IMG/VR virus record: IMGVR_UViG_3300028048_000002
Span: 98,818 to 162,817 of that record
Source: a virus
Lineage: Duplodnaviria > Caudoviricetes
Direction: 5' to 3' (one strand)
Length of the DNA stretch: 64,000 nucleotides
Shown here in pieces: positions 10,564 to 20,295 of this stretch (position 1 is its first letter; every line of letters begins with the position of its first letter). Made by a program: the position numbers and the translations under genes. Under the pieces are notes generated by a model that was not told the origin of the DNA, made no database searches, and was given only the letters and a program-made list of their open reading frames with translations.

Positions 10564-10873
10564 TGTAAATATCCCTAATCTTAATAACTAAATCTTTATG
10601 TCTAATATCAATATCCTTAAGTTTTTTACTTTTAGAAATATATACATCATAAAAAGCTTGAATACTTTCAACGCTATCAGACAACTGATCTAAAGTAGGT
10701 ATCTTTATAACTTCTCCTCCAGCATATCTACATAAATTTATCAATTTTTCATGACCTAATAAAGTGAATAACTCAGGTAACCAAGAAAACTCATCAACAT
10801 TGTACAATGGTCGCATTAAACTTAGTAAATACGCAAAATCTAGTTCTTCTTGTAGCGGTAATTTATTATTCAT
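10547..10873 (-). CDS. Mor-like transcription regulator domain protein
   Basis: LLGHEKLINLCRYAGGEVIKIPT resembles the Mor-family IG.E...KL....GG..IYIP motif. Confidence 0.5.
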   Translation of the reverse strand: MNNKLPLQEELDFAYLLSLMRPLYNVDEFSWLPELFTLLGHEKLINLCRYAGGEVIKIPTLDQLSDSVESIQAFYDVYISKSKKLKDIDIRHKDLVIKIRDIYNASND

Positions 10874-11612
10874 TATGAACTTCGTTTAATTGTGATGGAT
10901 GAAAATAATTTGATACCCAAGTAACCGTAAATATAGCTGCGTTAGAGTTTCTATCAACTCTATTGAAATCTAAGAAATAATAATTAGATAAATTAATTAC
11001 ATCTATTATTTTGTCCAAAATTTTACTTATATCTACATCATCTTTATAATATATCCAAAGCTCATTAGAATTTGAACTCTTTAAAGCAGCATAAAGTGCT
11101 CCACAGGTTTCTTCTCTTAAATTAAGTGTACCAGGTAAAGTTGTAAGGACTTCAGATATATCTTGAATTGTTATATAAGTAGAAGCATGAATACTACTTG
11201 ATACTTCAGTTTCATCAGATTCTGTAGCTTCACCAGCATCTTGATTAGACTTTGCTGTATCCTCAGAAGCATCGGCTTCTTTAGATTCGTCCTCTTTCGG
11301 GGTGAATTCCATCTTACTATTTGATGATCTTTTTGATAAAGTACTAGGTGAAGCTTTAGGAACAGCATTTTTTGTTGCTTCAGATTCCTTAGACGATTCA
11401 GTATCTTTAGAAGTATCTACATCGTTTACTTCAGAAAAATCTTCTAATTTCTCATCCTCTTCCTTTGATTCAGGAGATTCAAGATATTTAGGGTCAATAT
11501 ACTGTGATAACTGTTTCAGTAATGGCTGATTCAAAGGGTTGTTAACTTCCGCTAATATCTTTGCTTGACGTGAACTACCTTTAAATAGCTTTGAAGATAG
11601 AATCCAATCCAT
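10866..11612 (-). CDS. Hypothetical protein with acidic low-complexity middle (possible internal head protein)
   Basis: 248 aa ORF with Glu/Ser-rich linker. Confidence 0.55.
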   Translation of the reverse strand: MDWILSSKLFKGSSRQAKILAEVNNPLNQPLLKQLSQYIDPKYLESPESKEEDEKLEDFSEVNDVDTSKDTESSKESEATKNAVPKASPSTLSKRSSNSKMEFTPKEDESKEADASEDTAKSNQDAGEATESDETEVSSSIHASTYITIQDISEVLTTLPGTLNLREETCGALYAALKSSNSNELWIYYKDDVDISKILDKIIDVINLSNYYFLDFNRVDRNSNAAIFTVTWVSNYFHPSQLNEVHNE

Positions 11613-11617
11613 ATTAT

Positions 11618-12031
11618 TTATCCCTCAACTTCCGCAGAATCTAAATAATCTCTATCCATATAGATATATTCCTGCTCCGGGTTGTCTGTCTGTATTTCGT
11701 AACAGAAGTATTGATACCATAAATCTTCAGTTACATTGTTTTTAAATTGTATTCGATAAACATGCATACCTACATCTAAGTTTAAATCAGCAGTTTTAAT
11801 ATCTACCCAAGGATGGCCTGGACCTGACCATGTATAACTTTCTAAAGATTTACCACCAATTTCAGATATATCCTCAATCGACAAATAAGAAATATCCGAA
11901 GCTTCTATATAAATATGCATATAAGTTTCTAAACATTCTAAATTATAAATCTTAGAATGAAATGACAATTCAGCTTTATTAGAAGCTTTAAGAACATTGG
12001 CATGATATATATTGTCAAAATCATAATACAT
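11618..12031 (-). CDS. Hypothetical beta-rich protein
   Basis: 137 aa ORF in operon. Confidence 0.55.
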   Translation of the reverse strand: MYYDFDNIYHANVLKASNKAELSFHSKIYNLECLETYMHIYIEASDISYLSIEDISEIGGKSLESYTWSGPGHPWVDIKTADLNLDVGMHVYRIQFKNNVTEDLWYQYFCYEIQTDNPEQEYIYMDRDYLDSAEVEG

Positions 12032-12038
12032 ACGTAAA

Positions 12039-12254
12039 TTACTCCGGAAGCTGTACTAACCACAACTGTGTAACAGGGCAAGGTATCAGCAATCTAGAAA
12101 ATCTAGATAATTTGCAACCTTTTGACTCAAAGTATTCTTTATCTTCATCAGTTAGGGGATGCTGCCAATACGCAAAAGCTTCATTAAACTTTTTACTATC
12201 TTCTAGCAACTTGTCTATCATAGCTTCATGAATATCTGTTAAAGTAGTTTCCAT
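12039..12254 (-). CDS. Hypothetical protein
   Basis: ORF with GGAGAG RBS, first gene after a terminator. Confidence 0.5.
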   Translation of the reverse strand: METTLTDIHEAMIDKLLEDSKKFNEAFAYWQHPLTDEDKEYFESKGCKLSRFSRLLIPCPVTQLWLVQLPE

Positions 12255-12292
12255 ATACTCTCCGAACTATATATTTTACTACACTCTATATC

Positions 12293-12322
12293 AAAAAAGG
12301 TTCTGACTTACTATCAGAACCT
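12293..12322 (-). terminator. Intrinsic terminator
   Basis: AGGUUCUGA-UAGUAAG-UCAGAACCU followed by U5 on the minus strand. Confidence 0.75.
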
Positions 12323-12346
12323 ATTATTAAAATTTACATCATGATT

Positions 12347-12598
12347 TTATTTATTAAAAGAAATATGCATCAAATCCTTTAAAAATTCTTTTTTATATTT
12401 AGATTGAGTTCTTAATAATACATATTTCTCTCCAGAATCTTTAGAAGATTTTATTTGAACTGGACTTGAATTTATTACACTAAGTACGTTGCCATCGTTG
12501 TCATAAATAGTTTTAGATTTAGTTCTTATATTCCTTTTACTGCTGATTTCATAATAATTTTCATATCCTGGAATTTCTATCCAAATTTCTTTAGACAT
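12347..12598 (-). CDS. Stand-alone NUMOD4 domain protein (homing endonuclease remnant)
   Basis: EIWIEIPGYENYYEISSKRNIR is a NUMOD4 motif; no HNH motif follows. Confidence 0.7.
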   Translation of the reverse strand: MSKEIWIEIPGYENYYEISSKRNIRTKSKTIYDNDGNVLSVINSSPVQIKSSKDSGEKYVLLRTQSKYKKEFLKDLMHISFNK

Positions 12599-12616
12599 TA
12601 AACCTCACTAAACCTT

Positions 12617-13636
12617 TTAGAACAGTTTCTTTTGCACTACTAAGTTTTTTGGATCATATTTGAACCTAGTATTAGATAAGATTTGAATTGTTTTAATAGA
12701 GATTGCTACACGAACGTCATTCTTTTCAGGAAGCCAATCTAAAATATCATCACCCTCAAACCCATATTTTCTTGCAAAATCTAAAGTTACACCAATAGAT
12801 TCAAGTTCATCTCTTAAAAGTTGAATATTTCCAGCATCTGCAGAATCAAGAAAACTCATATTAGATTTAGTTTTTACAGATCTGGACTTCTTAGTAATAG
12901 AAATGATTCCAAAATTTTGAGTAAATATCTTATTATATCCACTGATTAATCTGTGTGAAATAGAATCTGCGCTATAGCATGGAAACTTAGACATAGCATT
13001 TAATGACGTAAACCCATATACATGAGTTTTCACATTAGGATTAGAAGAAGCTTTTATGATATCATACATATCTTTCAGATAAAGCATTCTAGCAGATACA
13101 GACGCATCATTAGCAGGTGATAAACCTATGTATTCAAGTTTATCTCCGTCTTCATCTACATACTCTAACATACGTTTAAGATATTTCGTATCTTCACCAA
13201 AATGATATACCGGCATAATTTTATGCTTATCAGAAACTTTTTTCCTCATATGCAAAAAATTATTCCAAGAAGCTTCTGCAGAATCTATATAATCTTGAGG
13301 AGTTTTAGATTGTTTAAATTTACCAGGAATAGTATCTAATTGAGCAAATACATCTGCTTCATCTATGATAGTATTTATGTATTCAATATATTCATCTTGA
13401 GTGGTAGTAGCTTTACCTGTATGAACACTAAAAGCTCCGCTATCTACAAAACACCATCTGCAAAATCCTTCTTTTTTCCATTCTAACATCTGTTTTACAC
13501 CTGAACGATCTAGTTGTGTGCACAACATATCTAAAGGCTGAAAATCAACTAAATCAAGAAGCATATCATGCATAGTATTAGTTAAATTTCCGGAAAACAC
13601 ATATCTAAAATTTACATTATCTTTAATCATCTTCAA
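12617..13636 (-). CDS. TGT-like/DpdA-like 7-deazaguanine transglycosylase
   Basis: FVDSGAFS, AQLDTIPG, IMPVYH.GE, YIGL, KTHVYGFT and SADS motifs match the TGT-fold proteins of phage deazaguanine systems. Confidence 0.7.
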   Translation of the reverse strand: MKMIKDNVNFRYVFSGNLTNTMHDMLLDLVDFQPLDMLCTQLDRSGVKQMLEWKKEGFCRWCFVDSGAFSVHTGKATTTQDEYIEYINTIIDEADVFAQLDTIPGKFKQSKTPQDYIDSAEASWNNFLHMRKKVSDKHKIMPVYHFGEDTKYLKRMLEYVDEDGDKLEYIGLSPANDASVSARMLYLKDMYDIIKASSNPNVKTHVYGFTSLNAMSKFPCYSADSISHRLISGYNKIFTQNFGIISITKKSRSVKTKSNMSFLDSADAGNIQLLRDELESIGVTLDFARKYGFEGDDILDWLPEKNDVRVAISIKTIQILSNTRFKYDPKNLVVQKKLF

Positions 13637-13823
13637 TCTCCTGTAGAAAACGGGTCATAGATTTGAAAAACTTTTTTATATTTAACTTATACTTCTTATT
13701 ATTAAATATTAGATACACATTTGCTGAAGAATCTAAATTGAAAACCACACTAGATACAGTATCACGTTTAGATACCTTTGTATACTTATCTTCTGGATAT
13801 GTATAATAATTGAAGCTTTCCAT
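13623..13823 (-). CDS. Hypothetical protein
   Basis: Small ORF in operon. Confidence 0.45.
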   Translation of the reverse strand: MESFNYYTYPEDKYTKVSKRDTVSSVVFNLDSSANVYLIFNNKKYKLNIKKFFKSMTRFLQEIEDD

Positions 13824-13827
13824 AAAA

Positions 13828-14604
13828 CTATCCTTTCAAAGAAAGTACAAGTTTACTTAAAACAGCATGTTCTGAAATAATATCCTGTTCTAATGACATT
13901 AAAGCTGATAGTATCTTAAAACGATCATTTGGATCTTGCCAGGTAGCAAAAATGACCTGCAAACCTAATTTTACATCTAATTTAGAGTTATCTGGAAAGT
14001 GTCCTAATTGCCAAATAATCTGATCAATAGATTGGGACCAAAATTTTTCAGATGTAAAAGCTTCATAATATTTCAACTTATCTAAAGACAGAGCCATTAC
14101 ATTTCTAATATCAGATAATGACTTACATGCATCATACACTTCTAAAGTATTTACTAATTCATATTTTCTAGCATCCAAGCTTCTTGCAAAGACGTTCAAA
14201 GATTCTTTATCTGGATGATTTAAATTAACCTGTATAGATCTACTTAAAACTGTAGATGTTAATTTCGAAATGTTGTTACATGTGATAATAACATATACAT
14301 TTGGAAGAGGCTCTTCTAAATATTTTAAAATTACTTGAGAAGCAGCCGGTACCCCTTTATCTAAATTCTCTATACATATAACTTGATTTTCTGATAATTT
14401 ATAGCTATCAGAAATAAGCTCCTTTAAGTTTGCTACCTTTGGAGCGATGCTATGAAACGTAAAAATATGTAAATATTTGGCAAACTCATTAGCTAAATAA
14501 GTTTTACCTGATCCTGCAATTCCTGATATAATTATACTATGCCTATCACTATCAGCTAATTTCTTTAATTCTTGTATCGCAGAACTTTGATAAGATAGCT
14601 TCAC
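13828..14604 (-). CDS. holB: Clamp loader delta'-like AAA+ subunit
   Basis: HSIIISGIAGSGKT, ILKYLEEP, TVLSR (arginine-finger motif). Confidence 0.65.
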   Translation of the reverse strand: MKLSYQSSAIQELKKLADSDRHSIIISGIAGSGKTYLANEFAKYLHIFTFHSIAPKVANLKELISDSYKLSENQVICIENLDKGVPAASQVILKYLEEPLPNVYVIITCNNISKLTSTVLSRSIQVNLNHPDKESLNVFARSLDARKYELVNTLEVYDACKSLSDIRNVMALSLDKLKYYEAFTSEKFWSQSIDQIIWQLGHFPDNSKLDVKLGLQVIFATWQDPNDRFKILSALMSLEQDIISEHAVLSKLVLSLKG

Positions 14605-14605
14605 T

Positions 14606-15505
14606 CTACACCAACTTAAATTTTAATAACCCGCATACATAAATTAACGAAGTATACACAGAATATGAAGAATTCATCCTTAACTGTTCAAGTTGATTAT
14701 ATGCTATATCAAACATCGTTACCAAACTTTGAAAGCTCCATAAAGAAGCAAAAGGTTTGGCATACGAATCAGATCTAGGGTTTTCTATAAATTTAATCAT
14801 ATCTAAGTATGCGCTAAAAATATCATAATATAGCTGACTTAAATCACCTTCAAACGAATCAATGAACTTCACACATAAATCAAAATCTCTAGAAAGTATA
14901 GCTTGCTTAAATTCTTGCTTATCATAATTATACTTATATCCAAATAATGATTCAATTTCATGAGCACTTAATGAATGCACAATATTAGAAGGCAAATACG
15001 AAAGTAGATTACATATCAATTTTGATTTATAATAATCTTCACTGATACGAATAACAGTATCTATATGCATTTCAGATAACATAGGGAATTGAACAACTAA
15101 ATGCTTTTTTATAACTTTATCAGATAAAGCATTTACTCTAACAGTATTTTCAGGAAAATACGTATCTAACTTACGCTCAGATTTATCATCATAATAAATC
15201 CCTACTACTGTTCCCAAAAATTTAGCTTTAAACAAATCTCTAGCTAAAGTACCAGATAAATTAGATATAAATGCGGAATCATACCGTATAAGATGAAGTT
15301 GTTTAGATTTAGGTATAAGAGATTTTTGCTTAACGCTACTTAACAATTCAGAAAAACTTGTATACTCACAATATTTATTTTCATATATTTCTATTAATTT
15401 AGAAATATATTCAATTTTTACCCCATATTCAGGACCCGTAAAAAAATAGATAGAATCAGGACATCCTGAGTAAATGCTTTTAGCACAAGCTTGAATGGTT
15501 TGCAT
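14606..15505 (-). CDS. holA: Clamp loader delta-like subunit
   Basis: IYFFTGPEY..K..YI N-terminus as in HolA; adjacent to the delta'-like gene. Confidence 0.55.
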   Translation of the reverse strand: MQTIQACAKSIYSGCPDSIYFFTGPEYGVKIEYISKLIEIYENKYCEYTSFSELLSSVKQKSLIPKSKQLHLIRYDSAFISNLSGTLARDLFKAKFLGTVVGIYYDDKSERKLDTYFPENTVRVNALSDKVIKKHLVVQFPMLSEMHIDTVIRISEDYYKSKLICNLLSYLPSNIVHSLSAHEIESLFGYKYNYDKQEFKQAILSRDFDLCVKFIDSFEGDLSQLYYDIFSAYLDMIKFIENPRSDSYAKPFASLWSFQSLVTMFDIAYNQLEQLRMNSSYSVYTSLIYVCGLLKFKLV

Positions 15506-15969
15506 TATTCTAATCCAATATATTGCTTAAATTCCATAACATTCAATATCATGAACAACTGTTCATATCTTTGAAATATTAACACTTTATCAAAAGACTC
15601 TAGAGAAAAAGAAATAGAGCTTTTTGAAGAATAATCAGGAATATTTGAAATATCTGATTCAATCAATACAGGAGATTTAAACATAACATATGTATTCTGT
15701 AACTTTTTAGATCCATCATCAACAAATAATACAGGTTCTTTAAATTGAGAAATTGCTTCTTGATCTATCTTATCCCACACATTAAAGTAAAAACAGATTT
15801 TATGATTAGGTTCTATGTGAGTTTTGCATTCGCCCAACCAGCTATCCGATTTAACATCTCCCGGATACAACGGTCTACATCCACTTCCGGATATTACTGT
15901 CCATCCTAAAAAATCAGCTATTAAAGTTTCTTGTAATTTTGAATGGTGTTTATAATTATCTGAAATCAT
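15505..15969 (-). CDS. Holliday junction resolvase (PD-(D/E)XK, Hjc-like)
   Basis: QE..IA..LGW...SGSG...GDV....LGECKT motif. Confidence 0.7.
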   Translation of the reverse strand: MISDNYKHHSKLQETLIADFLGWTVISGSGCRPLYPGDVKSDSWLGECKTHIEPNHKICFYFNVWDKIDQEAISQFKEPVLFVDDGSKKLQNTYVMFKSPVLIESDISNIPDYSSKSSISFSLESFDKVLIFQRYEQLFMILNVMEFKQYIGLE

Positions 15970-15974
15970 TATAT

Positions 15975-17099
15975 TTATCCATTTATATCTGATTCAATGA
16001 AATCTTTCAAACTATTGAAATACACAGGATGTGTTTCAAGATATTCATAAACACGAGGAAGTCCATTTATTTTAACAAGCTTCCCATCTTCTTCTAATAT
16101 TTCGCCAGTTTCAGGAGATATCAAACTGAACCATGCTCCAGCTTTCCTAATTAACCCATATTTCTTTATAGCTAACTGCGCATAGTCCATTTCCGGTTTG
16201 ATACCTGATTGACTTAGTAAATAATACGAAGCATTTTTACGATCATTAGGAGCACTCTTCTGCTTCAGCAATCTAACTTTAATTAGATATCCTGCAGGAT
16301 CTTCCGTTTTCTGTGGAAGTTCATTCCCTACAATGTCAATTGGATTACCTAAGCTAAATAGCATGCGAAGTGAGCTATAAAACTTGATAGCTTGTCCCCC
16401 AGGGGTTTGTATCACATAAGGATTATCCATATTATCTCGTATCTGATTAATCATCAGAAGAGTTGTATGATACCTAGTTAGTAGCGGAACTATTTTTCTA
16501 CAAAATATAGTCATCAACCCTGCAAGACTAGCAACAGTGCGTTCGCCAAATTTTTTCTCTAATTCAGCTTTGGGTACTAAAGAAGGGATAGAATCTAAAA
16601 CAATAAGGCCTACTTCGTTAGTCTCAATCATCTCTTGGACCATCTGAAGTATATCCTCAGCAGGAACATCTGGTGGTTGCATAATACTAATATCAGAATT
16701 AACAATTCCTAATGTTTCAGCCCAAGCCATATCAAAAGAATGCTCAAGATCAATATATAAAACTTTTCTAGGACCTGCTTCTTCTAATTCAGCTAATTCG
16801 TACTTAGCTTCCTTAGTCTCGCAATGAGCTCTAAGTTCTTCACATCGATCTTCCCATTCTTGCTTAAATATATTTAATGAATTCTTACATAAGTCAATAC
16901 TTGTACTGCTTTTTCCTCCCCCAGGAGCTCCACAGAATTCTGTAATCTTATCTCTAGGTATTCCTCCATATGTAGCAAAATTCATAAGAGGTGAGCTAAA
17001 TGGGAGTTTTTTACCACGAGAAGCATTAGCTCCGTCCATGAGGCCTGGTGCATTCCAAGCTTTCTTCTTTTGTTTAATTATATCATCAAATGAAGACAT
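15975..17099 (-). CDS. recA: RecA/UvsX recombinase
   Basis: GGIPRDKITEFCGAPGGGKSS, YIDLEH, IVLDSI, INQIR, TPGGQAIKFYSSLR. Confidence 0.95.
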   Translation of the reverse strand: MSSFDDIIKQKKKAWNAPGLMDGANASRGKKLPFSSPLMNFATYGGIPRDKITEFCGAPGGGKSSTSIDLCKNSLNIFKQEWEDRCEELRAHCETKEAKYELAELEEAGPRKVLYIDLEHSFDMAWAETLGIVNSDISIMQPPDVPAEDILQMVQEMIETNEVGLIVLDSIPSLVPKAELEKKFGERTVASLAGLMTIFCRKIVPLLTRYHTTLLMINQIRDNMDNPYVIQTPGGQAIKFYSSLRMLFSLGNPIDIVGNELPQKTEDPAGYLIKVRLLKQKSAPNDRKNASYYLLSQSGIKPEMDYAQLAIKKYGLIRKAGAWFSLISPETGEILEEDGKLVKINGLPRVYEYLETHPVYFNSLKDFIESDING

Positions 17100-17644
17100 T
17101 ATTTAATATACTCCTTATGCGATATACTATCATAATCAGGTAAGTCAGTTACAGATTCTCCAGATGTACCTACAAGTTCTGATTGCTTTCTTGAAGTCCA
17201 AATTTTCTTAGCACTCATAATCAATTCTTTTGAAAGCGAAATTTCCGATTCTACTCTATTTATAACGACCGTATAAGCTTTAATCAACAATTCATCATCT
17301 AAGGTAGCCGATTCTGCTTCTTCTTTTTTCTTAACTTGCGAAGTTGCTGCACTATTTTGAATTATATCCGACTTGGCTTTCTTTACTTCAATCTTTATTG
17401 CTTCCAAGGATATTTTAAAATTGTTCAAAACTTCAGAAACTTCGAACAATTTAAGAGGTAAATATACTAATATCTGCTCCAATTCAGCATCTGTGATTGC
17501 TCTATATTTTGAACCCATTCTTTCAATTAATTCATGAACATCTTCAAAATACCAGCTAAAATTCTTTTTATAAGTTTCTGTAAGCCACGACTCTACATCT
17601 TCTCTATAGGATTCATATTTAAGATCAAGTTCTGTTAAAGCCAT
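17099..17644 (-). CDS. Coiled-coil protein, possible recombination mediator
   Basis: Helical ORF translationally coupled to recA; function inferred from position only. Confidence 0.4.
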   Translation of the reverse strand: MALTELDLKYESYREDVESWLTETYKKNFSWYFEDVHELIERMGSKYRAITDAELEQILVYLPLKLFEVSEVLNNFKISLEAIKIEVKKAKSDIIQNSAATSQVKKKEEAESATLDDELLIKAYTVVINRVESEISLSKELIMSAKKIWTSRKQSELVGTSGESVTDLPDYDSISHKEYIK

Positions 17645-17645
17645 G

Positions 17646-19490
17646 CTACCTCCGTTGGCATAAATACGATAACGCTACTTCTTCCATATATTCAGTCTTA
17701 GAAATTTTTGAAATCAATTCAATCAAAACTTGCGATAGAGATAAACATATTTGAGCATGCTTTTCAGTATAATTAGAAATCTTATCTTTGTAATAACTAG
17801 GTATCATAGTTCTATTTATATCATGTAAAAATACATACTTAGCGATATTAATTACAAATGATTGAAATCCTTCAAACCACTGAACAAAATTTATACCTGA
17901 ATTATATACTTTTGAAATAATCAGCATAATTGCTGAATTATCTTTTTTGGCGTAAGCATTTAACAAGCTAAAATAATCATCATATTCTGGTATATTTAAA
18001 GAATACTTTAACGTTTCTTGAGTGATATTAGTGTCATAAATTAATGCTTTATCTAAAAGCGTAAGAGCATCTCTCATTCCACCTTTAGCTAATTTCGCCA
18101 AGAAACTAATAGCATCATCTTCATATGTTATATTTCTACCTTCAAGATTTTCTTGTTCAATAACATACTTTAATCTAGATTCTATTCCTTCTAAACTGAT
18201 ATTTGACAATTGAAATACTTGAACTCTAGATATAATAGTTGCAGGAATTTTTTCAGGGTTTGTAGTTAATAAAACAAACACAGTTTTTGCAGGCTGTTCT
18301 TCTAAAACTTTGAGCATAGCTTGCCACGATTGAGAACTTAATACATGAACCTCATCTAGAATAAAAACTTTGTATTTACATCCAATTGGATATTGCTGTG
18401 CTTGCTGCACAATATTTCTGATAGCTTCTACCCCATTATTAGAAGCTGCATCAACTTCAATAGGTTCACCTACACCTTCATTTAGCATGTTAGCTATAAT
18501 ACGGCCTGACGTAGTATTATGTGTAGGTGTAAATCCATCAGAAATATACGTATGATCATCATGATCAATCTTGATACATTGGCAATTTTGCTTACCAATA
18601 TAGGTTATAGATGTAATTTCTTTAATGAGATAATCTAAATTAACATCCTCAACTTTAGGATAAAATAGTTTATTATAAATATAATCAGTTAAAGAAATTA
18701 CATGTCTGGTTATATTTATTTCTCTGTTGTTTTCAAACCACTTGGATTCAAATATTTGATCTATACAACCTAACGAACGTATAAAAAAGCTTAAATTATC
18801 AGAAATTTCTTTATCATACGAAGGAACATTTAACAATAAAGTATATGAAGGTCTCATATCGGGAATAGTTAAATCAAGAAGTTTTCGAAAAAATTCAACT
18901 CTCTTTTCAATAGAATTATAAAAATAATCTCGCTCAAATGTCCTCAAAATTGTAAGAACTTGATTTAAATCTAGATCCAAATTAAGAGAGGTTTCTTTCC
19001 AATTTACTAATGGGCATTTAACATAAAACTTAGCAGATCTATATCCTGTATCAACATCTAAAGCTGCATTATATAAATTGATTAAATCTGAAGTAACAAT
19101 ACTTAAACTAGCTGGTCCAGATTCGTAAACAGCAATAATTTCATTTATGTGTTCATCAGAAACTTCTATGAAAGTACCATCTGAAAATGTTATTTGAAAT
19201 GTGTCTAAATATCCTTGAGGATATATTCCAGATATTTCGCCTATATTTCCATTTGCTGTAAATACTTTAATACCTTCCTTGGTATCTCTCATAGGAATAA
19301 ACCCATCACAAGTAAGCACTAAACTGTGTAAAGGTTGTGCTTTTCCAGTACCTCGGGGACCTACAAGTAAAAAATTCCTATTTGGCAAATTTTCTTGTTT
19401 ACACATAGATTCTAAAATTGTAACTACATTTGTCTGCTCCGTTAACTCTGAAAATGATTTAGGCCGATATTTAAGAGCAAGATTATCCAT
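17646..19490 (-). CDS. dnaX: DNA polymerase III gamma/tau-like clamp loader ATPase containing an intein (likely start MDNLALKYRP at 19490)
   Basis: LALKYRPKSF, GPRGTGK|TT, EVDAASNNGV, KVFILDEVH, LLTTNPEKIPATIISR, GGMRDAL. Confidence 0.9.
   Translation of the reverse strand: MDNLALKYRPKSFSELTEQTNVVTILESMCKQENLPNRNFLLVGPRGTGKAQPLHSLVLTCDGFIPMRDTKEGIKVFTANGNIGEISGIYPQGYLDTFQITFSDGTFIEVSDEHINEIIAVYESGPASLSIVTSDLINLYNAALDVDTGYRSAKFYVKCPLVNWKETSLNLDLDLNQVLTILRTFERDYFYNSIEKRVEFFRKLLDLTIPDMRPSYTLLLNVPSYDKEISDNLSFFIRSLGCIDQIFESKWFENNREINITRHVISLTDYIYNKLFYPKVEDVNLDYLIKEITSITYIGKQNCQCIKIDHDDHTYISDGFTPTHNTTSGRIIANMLNEGVGEPIEVDAASNNGVEAIRNIVQQAQQYPIGCKYKVFILDEVHVLSSQSWQAMLKVLEEQPAKTVFVLLTTNPEKIPATIISRVQVFQLSNISLEGIESRLKYVIEQENLEGRNITYEDDAISFLAKLAKGGMRDALTLLDKALIYDTNITQETLKYSLNIPEYDDYFSLLNAYAKKDNSAIMLIISKVYNSGINFVQWFEGFQSFVINIAKYVFLHDINRTMIPSYYKDKISNYTEKHAQICLSLSQVLIELISKISKTEYMEEVALSYLCQRR
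18516..19340 (-). mobile_element. Intein (275 aa, Ala1, class 3-like) in the DnaX Walker A motif
   Basis: Interrupts GTGK|T; starts AQPLHSLVLT, ends CQCIKID...TYISDGFTPTHN with Thr+1. Confidence 0.9.
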
Positions 19491-19494
19491 TAAT

Positions 19495-20283
19495 TTATCC
19501 CCACTGCTTACAAGTAGATTTATAGTTGCAATATTTACACCAATAATCACCTTTATCTAGTCGTTTTGGTGCAATATTATTTTTAACACAATCCATTACA
19601 TAATACATTCGCTGAAAAATTTCATTCATCTCATAATCTGTTACAGTAATTTCATAGCACTTTAAATCACCATAAAGCCGATCTTGATATAACACTAAAG
19701 CTTTGTGCAAATTTAATAACGAACAATAACATTTAATTTGATCTATATGCTGCGGTTTAGGCTCTTTTAACACTTTAAAGGATTGATATTCCGAAGTTTT
19801 AATTTCTAGTAAATAAAATTCACCTGCAATCTTAAGTATCCCATCACAAGAAAACTTTACAGGTGGATTAAAAAATTCAATTTGTGTTTCTAGTTCTCCA
19901 GAATTTCTTATGGTATAATCATAGGGTTCTACAGGTGGTTTATGAACTACTGTTAGAAACGTAGCAACATCTACCCATTGATCTCCAATAGCTTCTTTAA
20001 GGTTTCTTTGAATTTCTTGGTGACAAGCTGTTCCGAGCATCGCAGAAAACTCTAAACTGAAATCTATTGAAGGATTAGCATCTGGTTGAATACCTCGTAA
20101 TCTAAAAAAAGAAAGTCTATCACACCTAAAAGATGAAGGAGCAAAAGTTTTTGAATGTATATGATGTTCTTGTAAACTATATCTATCTTGAAGTATATTT
20201 TTGTATAAATCAATGAAATTAGAACTTACAGTAGAATTAAATTTCACACCGTTATTTATAGGTTCAATAGGCTTAAATCCCAT
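19495..20283 (-). CDS. Cas4-like PD-(D/E)XK exonuclease
   Basis: PSS..C.R, GT..H, CDG...LLEIKT, Q...Y, C-terminal CKYCNYKSTC (4-Cys Fe-S pattern). Confidence 0.8.
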   Translation of the reverse strand: MGFKPIEPINNGVKFNSTVSSNFIDLYKNILQDRYSLQEHHIHSKTFAPSSFRCDRLSFFRLRGIQPDANPSIDFSLEFSAMLGTACHQEIQRNLKEAIGDQWVDVATFLTVVHKPPVEPYDYTIRNSGELETQIEFFNPPVKFSCDGILKIAGEFYLLEIKTSEYQSFKVLKEPKPQHIDQIKCYCSLLNLHKALVLYQDRLYGDLKCYEITVTDYEMNEIFQRMYYVMDCVKNNIAPKRLDKGDYWCKYCNYKSTCKQWG

Positions 20284-20295
20284 AAAATCAGCCTC

